Positions 1-10,805 of a stretch of 64,000 bases of DNA are shown in pieces. How positions within the stretch are numbered: position 1 is the stretch's first letter; each line of letters opens with the position of its first letter. Both the position numbers and the translations under genes were made by a program. Where the stretch lies: positions 71,486,001-71,550,000 of the forward strand of contig NC_043006.1 of the NCBI RefSeq assembly GCF_006345805.1, read 5' to 3'. The notes below the pieces were generated by a model. The model had not been told where the DNA came from. It was given only the letters and a program-made list of their open reading frames with translations, and made no database searches. Source of the stretch: Octopus sinensis (lineage: Eukaryota).

Positions 1-289
1 TTTCCTGCCTACATTCCATGCTTAATGTCAAGTAAATATATTATTTCAAGTCAAAAATTTCATTATAAGATACTACGGAGTTTCTTAACACTGCAATGGC
101 CTTGAGGATGTGTGTGTTTGGATGTAGAAACAAAATGAAACAAAAAAAATAAATAAAATAACTTCATCTTGAGGAATATGATTCAATGGTGAAACTCTGA
201 GCAGTAACCAAGCAGAACCTCATCTCTGAGGAATATAATACATGCAATAAAAGTTAAATATGTATGTAAATATATTCATATATGCAAGT

Positions 290-310
290 AGATGTATGTA
301 AGTATATGTA

Positions 311-348
<38 letters not shown>

Positions 349-446
349 CATACACACACACATGTATGCATGTGATTGTACATAGATACACACAAGTAAA
401 TACACTCATACACACAGACATGTGTGTGTGCACACACACACACACC
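290..446. repeat. Compound (TG)n/(TA)n/(CA)n microsatellite (representative of dozens in the window)
   Basis: Dinucleotide runs visible directly; the overlapping ORFs ([18 protein letters not shown]) are translations of these runs. Confidence 0.95.
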
Positions 447-835
447 CTACAGCACTTGGAAAAATCTAAAAAATATTAAGAAATTGTAGGAATTGTAGTT
501 TTGCGTTAGCCATACCTGGAGTGGTTCCCGTTGTCCAACAAACTAGTCACACAACTAAAATCAACATCCAAATAATTAGTGGAGACTGAACATACAGTGG
601 GGGTGGGGTGCAGCTTTGGTACTTTTGGACTGTGAGGATTTATGAAGTTGTGGAACTGTGGTGCCATGTCACTTTAACACTTCCATCCAGTAAAAGATAT
701 ACTTTCTAAGTATTAACGTACAGGAACTAATAATGTCTCCTCCTCAACACTAATGCCACCGATGACATCTTGACTTTTACAATCACCACCGCCACCACTA
801 ACATCTTTGCTTCTACCGCTACTCATGTGAGATAA

Positions 836-1115
836 TGTGGTCCACTATGCCTGAAAATAGACAGGATGGTTATGGCTGGAACATCTTTGATCACAGGTCT
901 GCTTGATCAGGGTTAACTTGGAGGCTAATCAAATATATCCTCATCACAGACACCATCACTGCTACTACCAACATCAGTCCCTAACCAACCTCTGCATAGT
1001 CGCTCAATCTGTTAGGAATAGCAATCAAATCTCCCTCAAACAAAGAAACATTAGAAAATGTAGTTCCAGACTTCCTAAAATGGGATGGTCATGGCACAAA
1101 TGTCTTTGGACTGTA
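836..1115 (+). mobile_element. Unclassified interspersed repeat ('family 5'), two partial copies
   Basis: Shares 'caaatctccctcaaa', 'gggatggtca(c/t)(a/g)gc' and 'tttgatca(c/t)aggtctgct' with copies at 3120-3475, 16195-16530, 17250-17435, 27530-27665 and 51590-51965. Confidence 0.6.
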
Positions 1116-1571
1116 CCATTACTACTAACATCACCATCACCAACATCATCACTACTAACACATAAACCACTACTAAACATCATCAATATGACCATCACCA
1201 TGACAAACAATTACAACCCCCGACCATTACCACTGTGTTTGTAGTGGTGATGGTAGTTTAAAGAGAGACATTTATATATTAATTAAGAGAGGATAATTAA
1301 AAACTTATTAAGGAAAGGTCAGTAGTTTTTGGAATTGACAAAATGGAATGTCTTTGCTGTATTAAAGACTTTCCACAATCTTCTGAACTTTAGCTTCCAG
1401 AGTTCAAATCTCACCAAAGTTGATATTACATTCTAGTCTATCTCTGGATCAGTGTGAGAAGAACTGACAATGAAATGCCTCATGTTATTTCGTTATGCCT
1501 CCTTTACACATCCCTCCCCATCAAAATATACACAACATTGTGCCCATATAAGAAATTATCATTATTATTAT

Positions 1572-1675
1572 GATAGTGAGCTGGCAGAATTGTTAACACA
1601 CTGTGTGAAATGCTTAATGGCATTTCGTCTGCCACTACGTTCTGAGTTCAAATTCTGCCGAGGTCGACTTGCTCT
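1572..1675 (+). mobile_element. Nin-type tRNA-derived SINE, 5' part
   Basis: Head 'gagctggcagaattgttaacacac...ttctgagttcaaattctgccgaggtcgac' follows an (ATT)n tract; same family as the arrays at 22270, 29800 and 41080. Confidence 0.8.
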
Positions 1676-2196
1676 GTAACTTGTGAAGACAAATTGAACA
1701 GCAACAAAAATTCTTTATTCTTGAAAAACAAATAAAGGTTGGTGGCAGGAAGAGCATCCAGACATAAAATACTAAGCCATCAGCTTCCTAGTAATGGATC
1801 ACTCAAACTCACTGAGGTGTATGAACCTTATGTGATATTACTCCCTGACACAGCTTCATCATCTACATTGCATTCAGGCCCAACCCCAAGGACGTGCAAA
1901 GGCCATGAATACTGCCTTTCCCCCAGACCTAGCAGGTAAAGTAATACTGATGATGGTGATGACGATGGTAGATAATCAACATCACCATTACAGCTACCAC
2001 TACTACAATCACTAAACATTATCACTACTACCATTCTTAATACTTCAAACAAACAATGGCTACTTATTTTAACTTCTAGGGCAATGCATCAGTCTGAGCA
2101 AATATGCGTATGTATACAATGTATGCATATGTATTTGTGGGATGTATACGATTTATATAAGTGAGTGTGTGTGTGTGTATAATATGATTTATATAA

Positions 2197-2231
<35 letters not shown>

Positions 2232-2234
<3 letters not shown>

Positions 2235-2595
2235 TCTTTTATTCATTTGTAATTTTGACTGTGGCCATGCTGGAGCACCGCCTTTAGTCAAGCAAATCAA
2301 CCCCAGGACTTATTCTTTGTAAGCCTAGTACTTATTCTATGGGTCTCTTTTGCTGAACCGCTAAGTTACGGGGACGTAAGCACACCAGCATCGGTTGTCA
2401 AGCAATGTTGGGGGGGACAAACACAGACACACACACATAGATATATATGACAGGCTTCTTTCAGTTTCCATCTACCAAATCCACTCACAAGGCTTTGGTC
2501 AGCCCGAGGCTATAGTAGAAGACACTTGCCCAAGGTGCCACGCAGTGGGATGAACCCGGGACCATGTGGTTTGTAAGAAAGCTACTTACCAAACA
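2232..2595 (-). mobile_element. tRNA-derived SINE family 1 (CORE-like 'ACCTTGGGCAAGT' segment, internal (TA/TG)n)
   Basis: Reverse complement of the family-1 copies at 29347 and 39553. Confidence 0.85.
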
Positions 2596-2615
2596 TATAA
2601 GTTTTTTAAAATGTG

Positions 2616-2650
<35 letters not shown>

Positions 2651-3119
2651 GCATATATATAATTTATATATTGTGTGTTTACATGTTATGTATAGTATGT
2701 ATGAACAAACTGATGTGTGAATGTGTGTGTGTGTATGTGTGTGAATAGTAAGCTCAGATTAACAATAGTGTAATCATTCGAGGTGGGGCTGTAAAATCAG
2801 CTAGCAGACTTTGTGTCAGCTGGTCAATTGCTGGAGACCAATGGACTGTTATATTCATGACAACCTTGATGATGATTATGATGATGGTGACAATGATGAC
2901 AAAACTGTCATATCCAGTACAACAACATTTTTCTTTACATGTATGCATTGCTAATACATTTCCATAACACCAGGAATTATATATTTAATTAGTAAATCCC
3001 AATCATTTTTACTAAATGAAGTGGAGGGGCGAGAGAAAGAAATATTGCTATGAATACAAACACACACAGCGTTAATAACAACAACAACTATTACAGTGCT
3101 TGCTCTACTTGAATCAGAA

Positions 3120-3475
3120 TCAATTCTCTCTCAAATCACAGCTTTCTTTCTTAAAAAAAAGGAAAGACACGTTGGATAGTGTAATCCTAGGTATACTTGG
3201 TCTAATCCAAAGATGGATTGTTTGGAATCTCTGATCATAAGTCTGTTAGGATCAGAGTTGACCTGATATGATCTCAATATTGATGCTTGACCAGCTAGAA
3301 ATAGCAGTTACAAAATCTCCCACAAATCATAACTATTGGTCTTAATACTGAAAGATCTCATGAGATAAAGTAATCATAGAAATACTGAATAAGCAGGAGT
3401 GGTCACAGCTGGAACGGTTTTGATATATAAAGATCTATCTGCTCAGTTAGTGTTGAGATGGGACCAAACAACATC
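3120..3475 (+). mobile_element. Unclassified repeat family 5, head-to-tail pair
   Basis: Two consecutive decayed copies beginning 'caaatcacagc' and 'gaccagctagaaatagcag', ending near 'accaaacaaca'. Confidence 0.6.
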
Positions 3476-4874
3476 ACTACAACCACCATCAACATCATCA
3501 TCACCACCAGTAACAACAACATTCAACATAATCATTACATTTGATGGAGTTTTTCAGTCTTCTGAGTGGATTTGGTAGTTGGAAACTGAAAGAAGCCCAT
3601 TGTGTTTACATGTGTGTGTGTGTTTTCCCTTGTCTTGATATATCATGTGATATTTATGAGTGTCACTATTATAGAAGCAAGGTCATTCATTTCCAATATT
3701 CTGCAAGAACATGTCTGGCTATGAGAAAATATTTCTTTGCTTGGAAACCAATAAGGGTTGCCATTGTAAATCTGCCCCCAATAAATTCTGTCCAACTCAT
3801 GAGAGCATGGAAAATTAGATGTTAAAACAATGATGATGATGTCTTATGACAGTGGTAAACAGAAATTGAAAGTGCATAGAAGAAAACTGGAGGAGGAATA
3901 TGTAAATACACAGATACATACACACAACAGACATGTTGTAGGAGTGGAGTTGAGTTTTAGTTCAGTTATGAGTAAGAACTTTTTAATCTGGACTCACAAG
4001 AAATTCTTTTAGTTTTGTTATTTGGGTTTATTTAGTTTTACTGTGGTTGTTTTTTTTCTTCTTTTATTATTATTTTATTTTTGGCAAAGATTAAAATTCA
4101 TTTTTAGCAGGTATTTTTGGCAATATTCCTGACAGCAATTCAAGATGGAACTCTTACACACTATCAGCTTTGATGTTGTTCTACCCACTGTAAATGGATC
4201 ATTGTTTACACAATTCCAGTGGTGCAAGAGGGTAGGCAGGGGTGGTGTGGTCTGCTATCTTTGTGTCCGGTCAACTTTTACTGTTTTTAATTCAGCTCCA
4301 ACACCTAACCACCTCCACTGGCTACATGTGCTGATTAAGGAAAAAATTTGGTATAATCATATCTCCTTCATTCAGTTCATTAACAGACGTTTTTTTTTCA
4401 ATCTTCATCCCCAGCCACTGTAACACAGCTATCCACATCCCCAGTACCTGTAATATAACTGATCCCATCACTCCCTTGTAACACACACTACCACCAACAC
4501 CCTAGCCACTGTAACACGCACACACACACACACACACAAACTATCACCCAATCACTGCAGCTTATACACAACCCATCTCAGTCACTATAACACACATACT
4601 CTTCCAGTTGTAATATACACCACTATAACATATACATGTACCATCCACACTACTGTAACCCATACACCACCGTAAAACATACACACACATGCCACTCCAG
4701 TCACTGAAACAATACACAGTCATGGCTGAGTGGTTAAGAAGTTTGCTTCCTAGCCACGTGGATCTGGGTTCAATTCCACAGCACAACATCATGAATTAAG
4801 TGTATACCAACATAGCCTTCAGTCAACCAAAGTCTTGACAGTGGAATTTCATAGTTATAATGTATGTGGAAGCC

Positions 4875-4910
<36 letters not shown>

Positions 4911-5469
4911 ACGCATTCAAATGGGAAAATCCTGGAATATTCATATTCAACTGGCTTATCTCCACTTATGCTATGTCCATCTTCCATTTCATATCTTACA
5001 AGAATGATGAAATAAATACCAGACAAGATGCTAATGTCAATATAGCAAGACTTGAAAAAAATTTTTAAAAAAACATTCGAATGGGTTCACAACTGCGGTT
5101 CAATGACTGAAACCAGCAAAAAAATAATAATAAAAGAAAATAGGTGTATGTCTGTATACTCATGACACTAGATACATCTTTCTAGAAGAATCCAATGTCG
5201 AGAGAGAGAGCGTGTGTATGTGTGCATTCTCACACTGTATATCTCTTCAGGTGCTCCAGTGTCTAGAATGGCACAATGATGTGACACAATGCACTAGAAT
5301 CATCTTTCAAGATGAATGCTTCTCAAAGATGGTGGTGCTACTCCTAAGGAAATGGATAAGAATTCTATATGGTAACTGGGAACAGAAGGGCAAAGTATAC
5401 ACCAGCACACTTTTTATTTTTAGTTTACGTTTCTTATTTAAACGTTTCCTTTTTTAAAAAATTCACGTA

Positions 5470-5700
5470 ATATTGCTTTCAAATTTTGGCACAAGGCCAA
5501 CAATTTTGGGGGAGAGAGAAAGTTGATTACATCAACCCCATTGCTCAATTGGTACTTTTTTTACTAACCCCGAAAGGCTGAAAGGACAAAGTCAACCTTG
5601 GTGGAATTTGAACTCGGAACATAAAGACAGACAAAATGTCACTATGCACCTTGTCCGCCATCTTAACACTTCAGCCACCTTGCCACCTTAATTTGATTTA
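5470..5700 (-). mobile_element. Nin-type SINE
   Basis: Reverse complement of 'gagttcaaattccaccaaggttgactttg...gtaccaattgagcaatggggttgatgtaatcaac'. Confidence 0.75.
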
Positions 5701-5765
5701 ATATTACAAACTGTTTACTGCAATCACGACAACAATAACAATGGGCTTCAAAATGTGAATATGTG

Positions 5766-6005
5766 ATCACATGACTGACCAAACTATCAGATGTTACACA
5801 TCACTGGTCACAATGCACCACCAATGACATCACCCTGCTTGCTAGGCGAGCAGGCCAACATTCCCCTCTAATTGAAAGTGGGGACTGAAGCAATGTGAAA
5901 TTAAGTGTTTTGCTCATGAACACAATGTGCTGCCCAATCAGGGAATCAACCTCATGGTATAGTGATCGTGAGTGCAATAGCCTAACCACTAGACCACACG
6001 CCTTC
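5766..6005 (-). mobile_element. tRNA-derived SINE family 3 ('TTGTGTCCTTGAGCAAGACAC' central segment)
   Basis: Minus strand has an A-box-like 'tggtctagtggttagg', a B-box-like 'ggttgattcc' and 'ttgtgttcatgagcaaaacactt'. Confidence 0.75.
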
Positions 6006-6332
6006 ACGAATATTTAAGTAAAACAAAATTAAATATATACCACCCACGTATATAAATCATAAACAACTGTAGGTATTTCCATACATGCAATAAAGTGGCC
6101 AATGCACCTGCAATGTTAGGTAACAACCCGACTTGTATGCGCAAATGTATATGCTTTGTTGATTCTAGGTGAGTGTGACCTGTTAATCTCAATTTACATA
6201 CATGTATAGACATAAGCATAAAACACGTATTTGAGTAGAGTAATCAATATATGTATATAAGAACATATAGAAAATGCAACAATAAATTGGAATTTAAAGA
6301 TAAATTACAACTGTCAGCTACGTGCGTGTGTA

Positions 6333-6365
<33 letters not shown>

Positions 6366-6627
6366 GGTACAAAGAATACATATCTGGGTTTGGCCAAAGC
6401 CACATGCTGAAGATCGGAGCAATAACTAAGGTCAAGTGCTAATACATCAAATATTCATTAAAAGTTGGGCGGTGCTATATTATGTAGTCACTTTCATCAA
6501 ACAAGTACCTGGAACTAAATTACACCGACCTGATATTATGAGTAACTATATTAAAATGTGGGGAAGGACAATGAATCATATCAAGGAGGAGTAACAAAAG
6601 TGTGAAAAGCACTGCTCTAGATACTCT

Positions 6628-6665
<38 letters not shown>

Positions 6666-6851
6666 CTGTGTCCTCAATGAGTGTGAGGAAGGTGAGACAG
6701 AAAAACTACTGTGTGGCTGTGTGGCAATTCCTATCCTGGGGAAAGTGAAGGTGTGTGATGTAGTGGTTATGGTATTCATCCCACAGTATTCTCCTGGTAC
6801 CATGCGGTTGGGAAGCAAGCTTCTTACCACACAGCCAGTGAAGGCATGTAG

Positions 6852-7135
6852 CTGAGTGGTTATGGTATTCATCTCACAATCATAAAGTCATGGGTTCAAT
6901 TCACAGCAGTACATTGTGTCCTTGAGCAAGACACCTTATTTTACATTGCTCCAATCCATTCAGCTGGCAAAAATGAGCTGTACCTGTATTTCAAGGGGCC
7001 AACCTTGTTACATTCTGTGAGAACTACATTAAGGGGATGCATGTCTGTGGAAGGCTCAGCCACCTTCACATTAATTTCATGACCAGGCTGTTCTTTTGAT
7101 CAGGGCAGCTGGAACTTTCCTTGTTATAACCAATA
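6852..7135 (+). mobile_element. tRNA-derived SINE family 3
   Basis: 'gggttcaattc...ttgtgtccttgagcaagacacc...cagctggcaaaaatgag'; near-collinear with 44903-45200. Confidence 0.8.
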
Positions 7136-7195
7136 TTGCCAGAAAGAACTCCTGAGAAAAGATTTTTCACCAGTGATGCTTAAAACTAAATATGA

Positions 7196-7549
7196 TAAGA
7201 CAGCAAGGTAACGCCATTAGTAGGAAAGGTTAGGAAGGTTTTAAAACTTTAAAATTTCATAACTCTCAAACTTTTGAAAAAAGAGAAAATCTTTGAGATT
7301 CTTTTTTGAGTTTTTGGAATCTTGTGAATTGTTCCAGGAAGGATTTTTTTTTTTAAGCTTATTTTAAAAATTTTTTCTTAAAAGTAACTTTTAAGATTTT
7401 TGAAGGAAAAAAGAAAGGAATTTTCTTAAAAATTGTTCACTCTTTCTCATCTTGTTCTTTTAACTCCTCTTAATTTATTCAGTTACATTATTTCATCCTC
7501 CTTTACCTTCCAAAATCTCTCCTACTAACAGCGACACCCTGCTGTCTTA
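7196..7549. repeat. Imperfect inverted repeat (~45-bp arms, ~265-bp spacer)
   Basis: 7196-7239 'taagacagcaaggtaacgccattagtagga...' versus reverse complement of 7505-7549 'taagacagcagggtgtcgctgttagtagga...'. Confidence 0.7.
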
Positions 7550-8033
7550 CTAGTCTACTGTACCATAACCATGTTGCCCTAAGATACACCAGCACATTAT
7601 GCTTAAAACTAAATTTGAAGGAAAATTTGAAAGAGAATTAACAAAAGTAATCCAAAGGATCAGGTTTCAATAGCAAAACAATGATAAGTTTTTAAAAAAT
7701 TTGTGTGTATGTACAAAGTAATGAGAAAGAATAAGACTTGAGGTAAGAATACGGTTAAAGAAGTGAAAAAATTTGATAGTGAAAGAGGGGAAATAGAGAG
7801 AAAACAGAAGATGAAAGAAAGGAACAAAGACTGTAAAAAAAACTTAATTTTATCTTAAATTAAACAACATTTCATATTTCCTTTCAGTATTTGAACTTAA
7901 TTAATTAACAAGAGGAGGTGCACCATCTTCCACATTTCACCACACTCACCTCTTCCACTGCTGCCTCTACCACCACCTTCCTTTTTATCACCACAACCAA
8001 CACCACCACAATTCTTTTTATATGTTATCTTTA

Positions 8034-8068
<35 letters not shown>

Positions 8069-9433
8069 AACAGACATGGCTTTGAGGTTACAAGACAGGA
8101 AACATGACACCCCAGCAACTACCCAAACGCACCAAGAGTGCTCGTTTAGGTTATTTCATTATCTTAACAATAGTAGTAGTAGATTTCTTTTGTTGCATGT
8201 TTTTATTATTATTTTCATTTCACATTTATTTTCATCATCATCATTATTATAATCAAAGGAAGCACAGATTAGTTAAGAGACACCCCCACCCTTCTGCTGC
8301 CATCACCACCAATTATTTTTCAGTCTTACCATTTTATCTCTCATCAACATCATCATCCTTGTCAGCACCACTACTGTCATCAGCATCCTTAACATTATCA
8401 TCATCGTATAAAGACTGATGTTTGAGGGAGAGATGAAACCAACCTTCATCCCCACCCATCCACCAGACTCTCTCTGTGCCCCATCAGTTCCCCCACTCCT
8501 TAATTCTTCACTCCTTCAACAAAACTAAACAACAGAATTTCCTGAACCCCCACCCCCACCAGTAATAAAATACAGAAGTTTGAGGTATCAGAGCCTGGTT
8601 TGTGCCCATCCACCTCTCCATCATGCATGTGTAACAAAAAAAAAAAACTCCAGAAGGATGGGGGTAAAAGAGGAGATGTGGTGGGAGAGGGTTACTGGGT
8701 GAATCAGCAACATACACACATGCAATTTTTATTTTTTCTGAACAAGCAACCAGCATATCTTCTCTACTCATGTCCCTCTATCTCCTTCCCACCCATCTAC
8801 CACACCAAATGCTCATCCAATCCTTCCTCTCCGGTAACTGCATCCCACTAGAATTACTCCAACTTCTCCCCATGTGTTCCTCCTACAGACAATCACCACC
8901 AATATGGATGGCCACTAATCTCTTCTATACTGTTTTATACAAATATAACAACAAAACAGAAACATGCTCTAAGCACAGCCCTGAACCAGCAGCCCTACGT
9001 CCAAAGAAATTCCAACCACAACCATCTTGCCTTTTATTAAGACATGTGTCTGAGACTATATTGTCTTATATACTCTTCACCATTTTAGATGAGTGTTTCA
9101 AAGGAAATTCAGTTATTGTTTCTCACAGATCAAATGACTATGCAGTGGATTCCTCATTGGCTTAGCCTCTAATATCAATTGGGCTATTTGCCTTCCAAAC
9201 ACTTAATTCACTCTACGACACTTTCATAGAAACATAAGATTTTCGTTCCTAGAAAACTCCACTTCCACAAATATATCTACTGACACTTCTAGATATACCA
9301 TATTCCTATGCATTGCCTAGTCCTTTAGCATTTAAACCAACCATATTTGGATAATACAGTTCTATATTTAAGAGATGAGGAATTATGTACATTATTTACA
9401 TTTGACGGATATTTGTCCTCATCTTGTTTGTTG

Positions 9434-9479
9434 TTAGCACATTTCAGCTGATATACCCTTCCAGCCTTCATCAAGTGTC
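9434..9479 (-). ncRNA. Degenerate minimal hammerhead ribozyme motif (copy A)
   Basis: Minus strand reads GACAC-TTGATGA-A-GGCTG-gaagggtatat-CAGCT-GAAA-TGTGCT; C3>T core mutation and 3-nt deletion in stem III. Confidence 0.55.
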
Positions 9480-9636
9480 TTGGGGAAATTTCAAACCTGG
9501 GTTCTCATTCCTAAGGTATTTTTCAATATTATTATTATTATTATTATTATTCATGTCACTGCCTGGAATCAAACTCGGAATCTTGAGGTTAGTAGCCTGT
9601 GCTCTTAACTACTACACCATATGCACTATGGGCATA

Positions 9637-9682
9637 TGGCCTAGCGGTTAAGAGTGCAACCTCAAGATTCCGAGTTCAATTC
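9637..9682 (+). promoter_or_regulatory. Pol III type-2 internal promoter (A box and B box) of the SINE head
   Basis: A box TGGCCTAGCGG at 9637-9647 and B box GTTCAATTC at 9674-9682 match the tRNA consensus. Confidence 0.75.
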
Positions 9683-9762
9683 CAGGCAGTGACCTGAACA
9701 ACAACCACAACAACAATGAAAAATACCTTAGGAATGAGAACCCAGGTTTTAAATTTCCCCAA

Positions 9763-9808
9763 GACATCTGATGAAGGCTGGCAGGTATATCAGCCGAAAC
9801 ACTGTGTT
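9763..9808 (+). ncRNA. Minimal type I hammerhead ribozyme motif (copy B, best preserved)
   Basis: GACAT-CTGATGA-A-GGCTG-(10 nt)-CAGCC-GAAA-CACT-GTGTT: intact CUGAUGA and GAAA cores, 5-bp stem II, stem I GACAT/GTGTT; stem III is mutated. Confidence 0.7.
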
Positions 9809-10409
9809 AACAACAAACAAGATGAGGACAAATATCTGTCGAATGTAAATAATGCACAACCATATTTGGCCCAAATATTCTGTTTCATGTTCAAACTGAC
9901 CAAATCTGACCTCTCATCCCTATCCTACAATGTCATTCTAAAAATAAACAATTACATCATTGAAATCTTTAATCTACAAGATAATGCACGATTAATTCAA
10001 AACAATATGAACAAATAACCATTACTTTTGATAGAGTGATCTGAGTGCTAAAGGGCTACAAAACACTAGAGGAATAAACAGAAACATAGTATATCTAGTT
10101 AGTTCAAACTAACAAGCAGCTGGAATATCAATAGCACATTCACCCAGTCTGTTTAAATATAGGGCCTTAGAGTCAGCACACAAAACTTATCTCCGACTAT
10201 GAGACTCACCATATATTTCTCATATAGATTGTATATAACATACATGACCAATGTGAACCATCAGGCCACTTTATATCACCCTAACTGGTTAAGTTTGGAT
10301 TTAAAGTTTTTAACTATGCCGTTGTGGCATTTTTATATTATTCAATGGTAAAGTTACAATTAAGCATAAGACAACATATTTTTTAAAAAGCTACAGAAGA
10401 AATATACTA

Positions 10410-10805
10410 TAAAAGAAAATCAGGAATATCTTTGTTTAACAATGCAAAAACATAAAGAGGAGGACTTGATGGGGATGCTGGGGTTGGAGGAATCGGTGGA
10501 ACAGCTGGCAAGGGCAAATGGAGTGCAAGTAGTATGGGCGTGTGTTGAGGAGGAATGAGGAGCATGTTCTGAGGAGGGTGCTTGAGTTTGATGTAAAATG
10601 GAATGCAAAAGCAAGGTAGACCAAAGAAAACATGGAGGGGACAGGTGGAGGAGGTGATCGGGAGGGTTGGCTTGAGAAGGGAAGGCACTGAAAACTGGGT
10701 GAGATGGTGTGAGGGCAGTTGCTCTGACATTGAGGTAGATCTGGCCACCCGTTGTTAATGGAGACAAAACCTAGATTTAAAACACTGGATGATGATGATG
10801 ATGAA
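10410..10805 (+). mobile_element. RTE-clade LINE, 3'-terminal fragment
   Basis: Frameshifted translation 'DLMGMLGLEESVEQLARANGV..YGRVLRR...GRPKKTWRGQVEE' resembles RTE ORF2 C-termini; ends in a (GAT)n tail. Confidence 0.85.

Larger units (their letters stand above)
9357..9856. mobile_element. Head-to-head (inverted) dimer of a tRNA-headed SINE with Penelope-type 3' module
   Basis: Left arm 9357-~9625 is the imperfect reverse complement of right arm ~9630-9856; 13-bp direct repeat CAACCATATTTGG at 9338-9350 and 9857-9869. Confidence 0.9.
9319..10057 (+). mobile_element. piggyBac-type MITE interrupted by the hammerhead-SINE dimer
   Basis: Left 'cctttagcatttaaacc' and right 'gagtgctaaaggg' match the intact copy at 51640-51864; the sequence resumes after the insert at the duplicated 'caaccatatttgg'. 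Confidence 0.85.

Noticed and set aside
6150-6175. Recursive splice site 'ttctAG|GTGAGT'
   Set aside because: The pyrimidine tract is weak, no host gene is established, and such motifs are expected by chance.
8770-9300. CR1/L2-like RT remnant ('LIQSFLSG')
   Set aside because: Only a few residues resemble the motif; too decayed to call without an alignment. The same holds for 13371-13556.
9631-9700. tRNA gene
   Set aside because: A and B boxes are present, but there is no complete cloverleaf or acceptor stem and the sequence continues into a SINE body. The same applies to all other tRNA-like heads in the window.
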